This document shows, one piece after another, positions 1 to 12,911 of a DNA stretch of 64,000 nucleotides. Position 1 is the first letter of the stretch; the number at the start of each line of letters is the position of its first letter. Under the pieces are notes generated by a model. It made no database searches, had not been told where the DNA came from, and saw nothing but the letters and a program-made list of their open reading frames with translations. The translations under genes were made by a program, and so were the position numbers. Source of the stretch: the human T2T-CHM13v2.0 reference genome, Homo sapiens; the NCBI RefSeq assembly GCF_009914755.1, contig NC_060932.1; one strand, given 5' to 3'.

Positions 1-47
1 TATTGGGTGGAGCCAATGATAACTCACTCACAGGGTGGTAATAAAGG

Positions 48-425
48 GTGTCTTAGGTCAGGCTGCTATTGCAAATTACCATACACTGGGTTGCCTAAGC
101 AACACATTTGTTTCACACAGTTCTACAGGCTGGAAGTCTGAGGTCAGTGTGCCCACATGATTGGGTTCTTGTTGAAGGCTCTCTTTCTGTTTATGTCCTC
201 ACATGGTCTTTGCTTAGTACCTACACAGAGAAAAAGAGAGAAAAATCTCCTGTCCTTCTCTTTCTAATAAGGGCATTAACAACATCGTGGGGGCTGCACC
301 CTCATGGCCTCAGTTAAACCTAGTTACTTTCTAAAGGCCTCACCTCCAAATACCATCACACTGGGGATTAGAGCTTCCATATATAAGTTTGGTAAGGGAG
401 GGACACAAACAATCAGTCTGTAGCA
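48..425 (-). mobile_element. ERVL-MaLR solo LTR (MLT1-type)
   Basis: tgtcttaggtcaggctgct...cacagttctacaggctggaagtctgagg...ccaaataccatcacactgggg...cagtctgtagca resembles the reverse of the MLT1 LTR consensus. Confidence 0.75.
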
Positions 426-1187
426 AAGTGGAATCAAAATGTTTAGCATAAACAATAAGCATTTATTCCCCACCCATTTTGGGGGTGAGCATTGATTGCA
501 TTTTCATGCAGTAGTAGAGAGCTGTATTGAATCATTGCCATTCTCCCAAACATCTTCCCTGAGCAGTGAAAGAGATTTTAGTGAATGGTTCTCTAGGATC
601 AAGGTTGGAGTCTGTGCTAAGGATCTGTTCATACCTAAGAAACTTCTCTATGACTCATTAACCCGCATTGAATTACCAGGCCTGTGTTCTTAGATGGAAT
701 TGTACTGAAGAGAAGCACAGGGCAGAAGAGTCTGCCAAGTTTTAAATAATGCCAGATTACAATATTTCTTTGATTTCCTTTTGGTGTTAGGTTAGCTTTT
801 AGAATCCCAACTCCTCTATATAGTTCAGGTCTCTATTATTGATCTTGCTTATACTTTTCTCCTACATTTTATAACTTAGCTGGTTCACTGGACCATGTTT
901 GAGGTTCTGCTGATAACTCTTCAGCAGAAGTAGCTCTTCATTTACTTGTTTGTTTATTGATGTATTAACTCATGTATAGCATGCAGGACATGCAAAGTAT
1001 TCTATTTAAAAATAGCCTTTGTAACCTCCCACAAAAAAGTTCTTATTAATCAATGGTGAATCACATAACCAATAGTCTGGAAATATAGAAACTCAGATGT
1101 TATGAAATCTCTGGGCTGCCATAAAATATTATCTTTCACCTACTTCCCAGACCTGGAGAACCAAATGAAGGCATTCCCTTTTAATAT

Positions 1188-1480
1188 CATTCATCCAAAA
1201 TTTATTGAGTACCTGCTTTCTGCCAACTGTATAGTGGGTATATATTAAATAAAACAAGTAATGATAAAGTCCCTGTCCTCAAGGAGTTTAGAGTCTGACA
1301 GAGAAAAGAAACGTGTGAGCATATCCATGTGATGTAATGAATAGTATAATGGAGGTACATATTAGATACTGTTATAGCAGCTTGTGAGAGGTCTTGAAGG
1401 ACAAGGGGACATTAGCTAGGGGGCCCGGTGGAGAAAGGCCTTCTAGGAAGAAGAAACAGCTTGAACATGGATATAGAGGT
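1188..1480 (-). mobile_element. L2 3' end fragment
   Basis: cattcatccaaaatttattgagtacctgc...gtccctgtcctcaaggagtttagagtct, typical antisense L2 3' end. Confidence 0.6.
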
Positions 1481-1757
1481 ATTCATCCATGGATTTGACT
1501 AGCATTTATTGATTTTGGACAGAAGCTTGTTTTGTGGGTCAGACACTGAGCAAGGCATTTGGATACAATAATGAGCAAAACCATACCTGGTCTGTGCCTT
1601 TCTGGAACGTCTATCGAGTGGGAGGCAGGCAGTCATCAATCGTTCATTCACACAGGAAAATGGGAATTGTAACAGTGTGCCCTGCTGTGAAGGAGAGGTG
1701 TGGGTCCCTGGGATAGTGTGTAACATTTGGGCCTGACTGGGCTGGGACGTCCAGAGA

Positions 1758-2114
1758 TGTCTTAGTCCATTTGGGCTGCTATAAGAAAATACCATAAACT
1801 GGGTGGCTTATAAACAGCAGAAATTTATTTCTCACAGTTCTGGAGACTGGGAAGTCCAAGATCAAGTTGTCAGCAGATTTGGTGTCTGATAAAGGTATCA
1901 CAGATGGCGCCTTCTCACTGTGCCCTCACATGCTGGAAGGAACAAATGAGCCCCCTTGGGCCTCTTTTAAAGGGTACAAATCTCATTCATGAGTGTTCCA
2001 CTCTCATGATCTAGTCACCTCCCAAAGGCACCACCTGCTAATACCGTCACACTGGGCACTGGGTTTCCACATGTGAATTTTGGCAGGTGGCACCCATAGA
2101 TTTAGACCATAGTA
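1758..2114 (-). mobile_element. ERVL-MaLR solo LTR (MLT1A/MSTD-like)
   Basis: tgtcttagtccatttgggctgctataa...gaaatttatttctcacagttctggagactgggaagtccaagatcaag...tagaccatagta. Confidence 0.8.
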
Positions 2115-2513
2115 GGAAGGCTTTCCTGAGACAATGAGAATTGGGATGAAAACAGGTGAGTGGTGGAGAGTTCGCGCAGCAAAGACTGGGGGAGCTGTGG
2201 GCCAGAAGAGGGCCCAGATGAGTAAAGCTTGTGTTGGAGCAAATGGTATCAGAGAGATTGGTGTATTCAGGGCATGGAATGAAGCAGGTGGTGTGTGAAG
2301 CATGGGGTATGTGTGCAGAACTTAGGGTGGGTGGCGGCCAAATCACAGGGGCCTTATTGATCAGAACAGTGGGAACACTGAAGAGTTTTAAGCTGGAATG
2401 TCTGAGTTAGATGTGTGACTTGGACACCTTGTCAATGACCGAGAGCCTGGGAGTAGGAGTCAGGGGATTCCAGAGGCCCATTATTGACGGCTATGTCAAT
2501 CTATTGGTTCTAG

Positions 2514-2684
2514 GTGTCACTGACTGTCAGAGGAACGAAGCAGGCCTGCAATGTGACCAGAATGGCCAGTATCGAGCCAGCCAGAAGGACAGGGGCAGTG
2601 GGAAGGCCTTCTGTGTGGACGGCGAGGGGCGGAGGCTGCCATGGTGGGAAACAGAGGCCCCTCTTGAGGACTCACAGTGTTTGA
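2514..2684 (+). CDS. TG: TG exon 22 (171 nt), thyroglobulin type-1 repeat 11
   Basis: tctag|GTGTC...TTGA|gtaggt; (C)VTDCQRNEAGLQCDQNGQYRASQKDRGSGKAFCVDGEGRRLPWWETEAPLEDSQCL(M); phase 1-1. Confidence 0.96.
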   Translation: MSLTVRGTKQACNVTRMASIEPARRTGAVGRPSVWTARGGGCHGGKQRPLLRTHSV

Positions 2685-3068
2685 GTAGGTGCTGGGGGTG
2701 AAATCAGTCATGGTTCCTGGGGACTGGGGAGTAGTCTCAAGGGCTTTTTAGAAAGGGAGAGAAGCTGGAGGTGCATTTGTCTCCAACTTTTTGTTTTGAA
2801 AAATTTTAATCTGTGTAGAAGTTGGAAGAACCGCAAAATGAACAAATACCCATCACCTAGATCCAAAAATTGTTAACATTTCACTCTCTCTTTTTTGGAA
2901 TCATTTGGTATGTAAATTCCAGATATCAGGAACCCTTACTTCTAAGTACTTCAGCATGCACAAGAGATGAATTTTTATATTAAAAGATCTGTGGAGGCCT
3001 CCATTCTTCTAGGCAGCTTGACTTCACTAATCTAGTCAGCATTTCTTCCTCAGTAGGACGTTGTAGAG

Positions 3069-3561
3069 CAGCAGTCCCCAACCTTTTTGGCATCAAGGAT
3101 CAGTTTCATGGGAGACAATTTTTCCACAGACCAGAGGTGGCAGGGTGGGGATGGTTTCAGGATGATTCAAACACATTGCATCTATTGTGCATTTTATTTC
3201 TATTATTATTGCATTGTAATATATAATGAAATAATTATACAACTCACCATAACGTAGAATCAGTGGGAGCCCTGAGCTTTTTTCCCTGCAACTAGATGGT
3301 CCCATTTGGGGGTGATGGGAGACAGTGGCAGATCATCAGGCATTAGATTCTCAAAGGAGCATGCAACCTAGATCCCTCACATGCACAGTTCACTATAGGG
3401 TTTGCTCTCCTGTGAGAATCTAATGCTGCCACTGATCTGACAGGAGGCGGAGCTCAGGCAGTAATGCTCACTCTCCCAATGCTCACCTCCTGCTGCGTGG
3501 CCCAGTTCCTAACAGGCCATGGACTGGTACCAGTCTATGGCCCAGGGGTTGGGGACTTCTG
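3069..3561. mobile_element. MER1A hAT-Charlie DNA transposon, near full length
   Basis: TIRs cagcagtccccaacc / ggttggggacttctg; 8-bp TSD ttgtagag (3061-3068) / ttgtagaa (3562-3569); MER1A internal sequence. Confidence 0.88.
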
Positions 3562-3864
3562 TTGTAGAAGACTTGTGTGCCAGGCCTTGTTCCATATCTT
3601 AATTGCTGGGTGATCTAGAGCAAGTTGCTCAATCCCTCTGATCCTCAGTCTCCCCAGTGGCTTTCAGTCTATTTCCTGAGAATCAACATGAACCTATAAA
3701 GTCAACAAATACGTATTGAGCTCTACCCTGTACCACGTACAGTTCCTCAGTGAGATACTGGATGGGAAAGTCCCAGGTAAACCATCAGATATGCTACAAT
3801 ATATAGTGTGATGGGAACCAGAGGAACAGAAGAGAAGAGTATGTCCTGTGGGATCAGAAGTAGT

Positions 3865-4030
3865 TTAATCCCAGTGGTGCCTTTACTGGCTGTGTAGTCT
3901 TAAGCAAGTCACTCACCCTCAGCAGTTTCTTCGTCTGTAAAATGGAGACATCAGTTTCCCCCGTTGTAAGAGTGTTGAGTGCCTTAGCAATGGCATTACC
4001 TACCAGCGGTAGTAAATGTCTCAGAATAAG
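3865..4030 (+). mobile_element. MIR
   Basis: core ggctgtgtagtcttaagcaagtcact...cagtttcttcgtctgtaaaatggag. Confidence 0.65.
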
Positions 4031-4267
4031 AAGGCTCAGAAACAGTATTTGCCCTGTTTCCCCATCTGTTAAACTTGGAGGGAGGCTGAAACAGTCTGCA
4101 AGGTCCCTTAATCCTGATATCTTCTCAATCTTTATGACTCTGTTCCACCTTTCCCTGGAGCCACCTGCCTCTGCTTGAGGTCTTGTGGCTAACCTTTGCA
4201 CATTTGACAAGCCCAAGCAAGCCAGTCTCTTAGTATTTCTGTGGAAGGAGAGGGCCTAACATACATG

Positions 4268-4475
4268 GGCTTACTGTGTGCCAGGTGTTTTATGTGTTTA
4301 TCAAATTTGAATCCATGGTAGTCCTAAAAGGTAGATATTATTGCCAATATTTTAGCTGAGGAAACTGAGGCAAAGAATGTCCAAGCACTTCTCTTGGTTC
4401 CATAGTTAGGATAGAATATACCTAGAATTTGAATTGGTGTATGTCAAACCACCAAACCTTTGTATTCTTCATTCT
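4268..4475 (-). mobile_element. MIR
   Basis: tactgtgtgccaggtgtttta...ttttagctgaggaaactgaggc. Confidence 0.6.
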
Positions 4476-4688
4476 ACCAATCTGTTTCCACCTAGATTTA
4501 CCTGCTTCCTCAATAAACATATCCTCACATACACACACATATGCATGCATAGCCTACCTGTCCTCCAGGGAAGCTGGTACAGCTCATGGGATAAAACATT
4601 AGTGAAAATCCAAGTGAGAAATTTTCATTTTCTAATTCTCAGAGCAATCATTTCCCTTCTCTAGTGAAGTGCTAACAAGTCCTAAGGA

Positions 4689-4692
<4 letters not shown>

Positions 4693-4728
<36 letters not shown>
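4693..4728. repeat. (GT)18 microsatellite
   Basis: read directly. Confidence 0.95.
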
Positions 4729-4729
<1 letters not shown>

Positions 4730-7212
4730 CTTGAATAAATTGCAAATCCAATGAAAGTCTTATTTTTTTCCCAACATCCCTCTTCTTGGGCAGAAAAAAA
4801 CAGGGGAAGTACAGCAGGAAAGTGCTTTGAGAGATCAGTTAGCCAGATGCTTCACAAATGAAGGAGACTGTGTCTTTACAGAATACAACTTGCCCTGCGG
4901 CCCTGGTGATCACCATCAGTCCTGGGATTATTGTCTTACGTGCTCTGAGCTCTCTTTGCATCTCTGTCAATGGGTTGGCCTTGAGGATTGTCTTATGCAG
5001 TTTGTAGGGCATTTCATGGTGTATTCTGCCCAGTGTTCAGGGCAGAAAGAACAGTTTAAACAGTGGCACCAGAAGTGCTCACGAGTCACAGCTGAGCTTT
5101 GACAACTTTGATGATGCCTCCCTGAGGCGCTGGCTTCTGAATAGCCTCCAGATAGAGCTTCAGCATCTTTGGCTTCTTATGCAAAGCTCTGAGCTTAAGT
5201 TTCCCTTTCTGGATATGCCTGGGGATTTCTATGCCACTAAGCTGGGCCCTCACTGGGATGTCAACACATCTCTTCTCAGAATTGCCTTTGAGAGGAACTT
5301 TCTCTTCGGGAGTAAAATGTTTAAGGCTTTTGTCCTTCAGGCTAGGTCCTTAAGCAAGGGACTTATACCTCCCCAGACAGGTACCTACCTGAGAGGAATT
5401 TGCTCCTTCCTCAGCCCTCTTGCCACTTCCTTTGTTCAGGCTTCTGCTGTTACCTACATGGTACTGCCATACCTGCCTAACTCATCTTCTTGCTTCAGTC
5501 CAACAGTTTTTCTATGATGCTTCTAGAGCTGTTATTTAAAAGGAGATTCTGCCTATGCAATGCCCCTTAAATCTCTTCAGTGGTTCTTCATTGCTCTTGG
5601 GATAAAGCACCATTTGCAGTATCCCAGCCTCCCCTCTGGGCTCTAACCTCATTAGACCATATGTTCCTTTGGGGCTAGAATTGTATCTTATTTCTTATTC
5701 TATTCCAGGGCCATAGGTACTCTTTGACAGAATGAATAAATTTCTCTAGTTGTCTGGGATTCTTTGAAACTATTTCCTAAAGGTCTTCAGGGAAGGAGAT
5801 TCTTCCACCACCTCAATTCCTGTGGTCAATTTTACAAGCCCTGAGACTTAGGAAAGGTGTTCTGCAGGGGACAGAGGGACTTAGCACTTACTGAGTGGTT
5901 ACCATATACCATATACCATTCCATGCTATATTATTTAGTCCTCACAACCAGAAAACTGAAACTCTCAGAGGTTGCAAGGTGTCCAAGGACACAGAGCTGG
6001 TGGTGGCATCAGGACTCGAGCTGAGGGCTCACTCCTGAGTTGGTGCCTCTCCCTGACTGCCTGCTGCCTCTCTCTCTGAAATCTCTCCTGCTGCAGCTTC
6101 CTGGCACTCCCTTTGATCTTCTGTTTCCTTTGTTTACTTGCAGAGTTAGTAAAAAATATTTCCACCTTGCTCACTGGAAATATTTCCAGTTCATCTTCCC
6201 TTTAACTTTAGGTTCATTTTCCTAATTCTGATCTTTGTCAACCTATGCTGAAGATTTCATATACCACATCAAGTGCCTGAACAGAGGTATTTACATACCT
6301 CTGTTCCAATATGTGTGTGCACGTTGTGTGTGCATATGTGTGTACACGTTGGAATTGTGCCATCATAATGTTATCTCCTGGTTTCCTGGTGTTGTGATGA
6401 TGTTGTTAGTCATTCATTTGCCTATCCCTCCTTTCCTCATATTCTCCCTCCCTCCCTCCCTCCATCCATTCAATATACAGGAAAGTAGTCTCTCTGTTAC
6501 TATCCTGGCTAGTGAGGGTTCAAATATGATCAGAATATTGCCTTTGCCCTGGAAGGAGATGGGAACCTAAGTAGCCACAATAAACTATGCAAAAATGATG
6601 AAATATTAATATATACTGTGCTTTAATGTTAACCTTTTATGCTTTCCTTAAGACATTTGTAAATAGCCGTTAAGTATAAATTGGATAAATGGGAAATTAT
6701 ACCAACAGAATGTATAAATATGCAAACTGACTCCATTGTCATAATTCATTGGCAAATTGGTTCATGGATTGTTTCTGTTCTGCTTGGCCATGAGCTTCTT
6801 CACAGAATGCTGAAATGTGAAGATCTCTATCACCAAGGTGTCTCTTTTCTGAAAACCAGCAGATTCTCTAACTGAAGTGCTAAATTTACTGTATTTTTGG
6901 CAGAATTTAATTAGAAACTGAAAGACCTTTCAAATTGTATTTAGTCTCCTAGAATATTTTGAGCATCTGGTCTGTACCAATCAAGACTTAGGGACACTGT
7001 GATGATTATAACATGGCATTTGCTGGACTGGAGCTTGCAGTCTCTACAAATGAGCTACTAAAGGGTATAAAAATATAAAAAGAGATGAGAGAAGAAGGGC
7101 TTTGTGTGGGCAGAGCACGTGAAATTGGCAACTTCAGCAATTAACATGGATGGGCCAGTTTGTAAAATCAGAATTCTTTTCTCTATCAACACTTTTGAAG
7201 GCTTAGAGCATG

Positions 7213-7246
7213 CTGGGATCACAGGCCTGAGCCACCGCGCCTGGCC
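7213..7246 (-). mobile_element. Tiny 3'-truncated Alu (first ~34 nt only) flanked by 7-bp direct repeats
   Basis: reverse complement GGCCAGGCGCGGTGGCTCAGGCCTGTGATCCCAG; gagcatg at 7206-7212 and 7247-7253. Confidence 0.8.
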
Positions 7247-8251
7247 GAGCATGTCATTAATGCTCACTTCTCTCAACCCAATCCCAAAAGGAATAAACAT
7301 TTTTTTTCTGCACTTATTATGAAAGCTGAGAAAAAATCACTTTGGATGGCCTTGAATTTATTGACTTGATGAAAACCCATCTAGATATAAGTCTTTTTTA
7401 ATAAAGCAATGGATGTACATAATTAGTGCTTGTATATATGTTTATAATTATGTTTGCAAAAAACCAATACTCATGTGCCTTTGAGGTTGTACATAAGTTT
7501 TTCTTTTTGACAGTTACCCGTAAGACTGCAAGATATTGACACTCTTGGGAATTTGTGGCTTGGAAGGTGAATCTCATTCCTTGAGAGTTAGCCTCCATGC
7601 TTTCTTTTTTGCTTGGTGAAGAAAAAGTTCCAACTCTCATAGCCCTGAGAAATTATATTTCTTCCTCCTCACTTGTCTAGTTTTATGAGCTTGTGACTGT
7701 TATTCCTATCAAATGGAACTCAAGTGTGTTGATGGTAGCTAGGAAAACAGATGCTAATAAATCACTTAACCAATCTTAAAAATGCCTGAGCCACATGACA
7801 TGTCTTCAGATTTACCTAAATACATATGCACATGTCTTTTAAAAAATAACTTACCTCATTTCGGAAAGAATTCAAGTTGTTTTACAGAAAGAAAATGCCA
7901 GTAAAATAGTTATATGATGTAATTAGCACTGAAGGATAGGGACAGAGAAATATAAGTTTATATTATCAATGTTAATGAGAAGAAAATAGTTGTAAGGACT
8001 AACATTAAATTTCCGCCTCACTTCGTGACAATGAGGTAGAAGCAGGGAGAGCTGGTAAGTTGTAACTCTCAGTTTTAGATATGGAGCAGTATGTTGGAGC
8101 TACCTTACAAAGGAATTGCTTTTCCTGGGACATTTGTGTTACCAAGAGCTACGAATGGGTATTGACTGCTTGACCTAACAGTCTTTATGGCTTCTCTGCA
8201 GATGCCCTACACCCTTCTGAGTCAGATTTACTAAATCTGCTTTATTTTTAG

Positions 8252-8368
8252 TGATGCAGAAGTTTGAGAAGGTTCCAGAATCAAAGGTGATCTTCGACGC
8301 CAATGCTCCTGTGGCTGTCAGATCCAAAGTTCCTGATTCTGAGTTCCCCGTGATGCAGTGCTTGACAG
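8252..8368 (+). CDS. TG: TG exon 23 (117 nt)
   Basis: ttttag|TGATG...ACAG|gtgagg; (M)MQKFEKVPESKVIFDANAPVAVRSKVPDSEFPVMQCLT(D). Confidence 0.96.
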
Positions 8369-8921
8369 GTGAGGAGTGGTGGGGAGATATGCACTCAGAA
8401 GAAGGTGTGGAAATAAGCTCTGCTGAGAGTTGTCGAGACAAACCAAATCAAACCATTAAAACTATAATTTAAAAACATACTTTATCAAAAACACTATAAA
8501 TGAATTGATTTCCAGAATGCATATTCAATTCATAACTTAATTGCAGAGTTGACAGTTTATCTACTGTATGCTATCCACATGGCACATGTTAAGGAGTAGA
8601 AATGAACAAAATTAGTTTGGCATAGATCTATGTGTCCAGGTCAGGATCTATATCTCCCTATTTTAACAGTGGGGCCAGAGAGGTGGTAATAAAGGCTGCC
8701 ATTTATTGAGCAATGTATGTTTACAAGGATTATCTCACAATCCCAAAGCCACCCATAAACTGGCCATTGCTATCCTGAGTTACAGAAGACAAAAATAGTT
8801 TTAAGAGTGTAAGTGACTTGCTCACTGACATAGAACCAGCAAGGGGTCAGGGCTTAAATTCAAACCCAAAGTAACAACATCAAAGCCTGCAGTCTTTTTT
8901 TGTTTTAAATGATTTTATCTT

Positions 8922-9022
8922 TGGGGTGCACGAAAATCTCAGACTTTACCACTATACAATTCATCCATGTAACTCAAAACCACTTGCATCCTAAAAGCTA
9001 TTGAAATAAAAAATATTAAAAA
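8922..9022 (+). mobile_element. L1 (L1PB/L1MA-type) 3' terminal fragment
   Basis: tgcacgaaaatctcagactttaccactatacaattcatccatgtaac...aaagctattgaaataaaaaa. Confidence 0.7.
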
Positions 9023-9032
9023 ATAATCTCAT

Positions 9033-9220
9033 CTTTGATTTTAGATTTAGGGGGTGTGCATGCAGGCTTGTTATATGGGTATGTGGTATACTGCCGAGGC
9101 TTGGGGTACGATTGAGTCCCTCACCCAGGTAGTGAGCGTAGTCGCAATAGTTAGTTTTACAACCCTGTGCTCCTCTCTGTATTCCCCCCAAGTAGTCCCC
9201 AGTGTCTATTTTTGCCATTT
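9033..9220 (-). mobile_element. L1 (L1PA15/16-like) 3' terminal fragment
   Basis: ttttagatttagggggtgtgcatgcaggcttgttatatgggt...cacccaggtagtgagcgtagt...gtagtccccagtgtctatt. Confidence 0.7.
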
Positions 9221-9574
9221 TAACACTGCATTATGCCTGCCTCAGTACCCACATGTGATGTAGTTATTAAGTAATTAACACTCTGAGTGTGAATCTGTTT
9301 TGGATATCAGCTTTGGTTATGGTGAGCACACTATAGTTTGTTTCACAAACACAGTGCAAGGCATGAAGTAGAAGCTGGAGGAAATATTTGTAGAATGAGA
9401 GATATTGACAGGAATGGAGGGACAGAACCAAGTGGTCAAATGAGTAGATGTGAGGAATCAGCATGAGGATGGCAGACTTGAGGGACAGCTTTGGCAGTTA
9501 TTTGTCTCAACAGGGATTGTCATATACCTGCTCATGTGTGCGTGCACTGTGACACAGCTTAAGTTAGAAGGGCA

Positions 9575-9976
<402 letters not shown>

Positions 9977-10163
9977 TTAGCCAACTGGGCCACTGAGTTC
10001 AGTGTCTAAAATATGCTGAGAGAAAACAGACAACAGTTAGAAAAAAGAGAGCCACATCAAGGAGGTCCAGCAAGATGCCATCCTATCAGACAAACGAGAG
10101 CAGAGCAATCCAAGACAAGCAGTATTTGCAGGTTGAGTACAGGTCCAGGCAGGCATCCAGCAC

Positions 10164-10554
10164 TGTGTTAGTCTGTTTGGGCTGCTGGGACAAAATACCG
10201 TAGACTGGGGGACTTAAACAACAAAATGGATTTTCTTGTAATTCTGGAGGCCAGAAGTCCAGGATCAAGGTGTTGGCAGGGTTGGTTGCTTCTGAGGCCC
10301 CTCTCCTGGGCTTGTAGGTGACTCACTTCTCCCTGTGACTTCACTTGGTCTTCCCTATGTATGTGTCTGTATCCTAATCTTTATTTCTCATAAGGACACC
10401 AGTCCTATTGCCTTAGGGCCCACCCTAATGATCTCATTATGCACTTAATTTACCTCTTTCAAGACCCTAACTCCAAATGCAGTCACATTCTGTGGTGCTT
10501 GGGGAAGGACTACATGATACAAATTGTGAGTTTAAAACATAATTCAGCCCATAA
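10164..10554 (-). mobile_element. ERVL-MaLR solo LTR (MLT1B-like)
   Basis: tgtgttagtctgtttgggctgctggg...ttctggaggccagaagtccaggatcaaggtgttggcaggg...aattcagcccataa. Confidence 0.78.
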
Positions 10555-10989
10555 TGAAAAATCAAGGTGGTTTTACGGTAGATCGAAGGGCCATTTAAGG
10601 GGTAGGAAAATAAAGCCACTGAGTCAATGAAGGGTTGGATATCATTGTTGGTGGGGAAAGGGGAGACTGGTAAGAAAACCAAGGCATCTAGAGAACTAAG
10701 TAGCATGATCAGGAATAGGAGAGAAATGTGGATTGTTGGGGGTGTGAGGGGAAGCTATGGTTGGGGTCATGGTAGGAACCCTGGTTCTAGTTCAGCACTT
10801 AACCAGCCAGGGTCTAGGGTGCTCATCCTTCTAACACTGACTCAGAACTTTAATTGTTTTCTTGACTGAATTTGTCCCTGAGCCCGAAGCAGGGATCTGC
10901 TTGCCGTGAAGATTAGGTTAGTTCAGTTAAGGGGACAGGAGAACTTTAGAGCCATGAGCCAGTGGACCAGTAAGAATTATTTTCTTTGG

Positions 10990-11276
10990 AGCTGGGCACA
11001 GTAGCTCATGCTTGTAATGCCAGGACTTTGGGAGGCCGAGGCAGGTGGATGGAGACCAGCCTGGGCAATGTGGTGAAACTGCATCTCTACAAAAAAATAA
11101 AAATAATAATAATACAAAAATTAGCCAGGCGTGATGGTGCGTACCTGTAATCCCAGCTACTTGAGAGGCTAAGGTGGGAAGATGGCTTGAGTCCAGGAGG
11201 CAGAGGTTGCAGTGAGCCAAGATCGTGCTAATGCACTCCAGCCTGGGCAACAGAGCCAGACCCTGTCTCAAAAAAT
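10990..11276 (+). mobile_element. AluJ with ~20-nt deletion in the left arm
   Basis: J-type agaccctgtctc ending; TSD ~agaattatttt(c)tttgg on both sides. Confidence 0.88.
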
Positions 11277-12109
11277 ATTTTAAAACAGAATTATTTTTTT
11301 GGGGGGGGTGTTCTGAATAAGCCACACAGTTTCTGGGTAAAATGACATCATCGACCTCTCAGTGCCTAGTTCATAAAAGACATTACAGCCATACAATGCT
11401 GAGATGAAAATCAGGAGATGATGAAAACCCCCAGAAGACCACCTCTGCACCCAAGAATGTCATCTCAATAGAGCTGCAGTTTGTGAGATGTCCTGTTAGA
11501 GAAAAGGAAGACATCTCTATCCCAGATACCAGTGGCTTTCCCTCGCCTTTCAGCTGGGCAAATACAGGGGGAAGGGCTCAGGAATTGGATTGCAAAGGTA
11601 TTCAAGTTACTGCTTTGCTCCCATCAGCCACAGACTGTGCTGATTTTTAGTCTTGGTGTTCCCATCTCTAAATTTACCTCTTACCTAATGCAAAAATCAG
11701 TATTAATAATATATGTGAAAGTGCTTTGTAATGATAAATGTGTAAGTGTATGCTTTTTCTCCTTAATTTACATTTTCTACCAAAACCTCCTATCCCTGTT
11801 AAATCATTAATTGCCATCGTTACTCATGAATATTACACAGTTGAATGCTTCATGCCTATCACACAGTGTCCACAGAAAGCAGCTGTGGTCCCTGCCCTCA
11901 TTAAGCGCATGGCCTCCTGTCATCTTGAGAGGGCACTCACTGTAGGAAGTGGGGATTCTATTCTATCATTCAATCCCTTGCAGGGCTGCTGTCTGCTCCT
12001 GATGGAAATGGGACATAGCCTTGAACAAAGTTGTGATCTCAATGGATACCTAGATTTGGCTCCTCATAGAATAGAAGCAATTAAAATGTATAAAAGGTTT
12101 AATTTAGGC

Positions 12110-12318
12110 AGATACAGCTTAGTAACTGTACAAGTTCTGAAGTCTGACTACTTAGATTTCAATCCTAGCTCTGCCACTTGGTAGCTTTGTGACCTCCGTG
12201 AGTAAGTGCCTGAACGGAGCTGTGCTTCAGTTCCTTAACTGTAAGATGGGGGATCGATGATTCAATACACAGAAAACACTTAACACTGCATGAGGTTCAT
12301 GGTACGTACTTAATAAAT
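12110..12318 (+). mobile_element. MIR
   Basis: ttcaatcctagctctgccacttggtagctttgtgacc...cttcagttccttaactgtaagatgggg. Confidence 0.65.
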
Positions 12319-12871
12319 GTGTGCTTATATGTGTGCTTGTGGGGGTATATTTGGGGGGTGTATTTGGGTGTATATTTGTGTGTGTGTGTATTTGGAGGTG
12401 TGTGTATTTGAATGTGTATTTCTATGTATTTGTGTGTGTGTTTGGGTGTTTATTTGGAGGTATGTGTTTATTTTGGTGTATATTTGTGTGTTTGGAGCTG
12501 TGTGTGTGTGTGTGTGTATTTGGATGGGTATTTGTGTATTTGTGTGTGGGGGGTTTTTGTGTGTATATTTGGGTGTATATTTGTGTGTGTCTGTGTGTAT
12601 TTAGGTGTATATTTGTGTGTGTTTTTGTGTTTGGAGGTGCATGTGCATGTGTGTGTATATATTTGTATGTATTTGGAGGGGGGCGTGTATTTGTGTATCC
12701 ACATATTTGTGTGTGGGGGGGTTTGTGTGTATATTTGGGTGTATATTTGTGTGTGTCTGTGTGTCTTTAGGTGTATATTTGTGTGTCTTTGTGTGTTTGG
12801 AGGTGTGTGTGCCTGTGTGTGTGTATATTTGTGTATTTGGAGGGGGGTGTGTGTATTTGTGTATCTGCATA

Positions 12872-12910
<39 letters not shown>
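12318..12910. repeat. Complex TG-rich low-complexity repeat with internal ~166-bp duplication, ending in pure (GT)n
   Basis: tatatttgggtgtatatttgtgtgtgtctgtgtgt recurs at 12564 and 12730. Confidence 0.9.
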
Positions 12911-12911
<1 letters not shown>

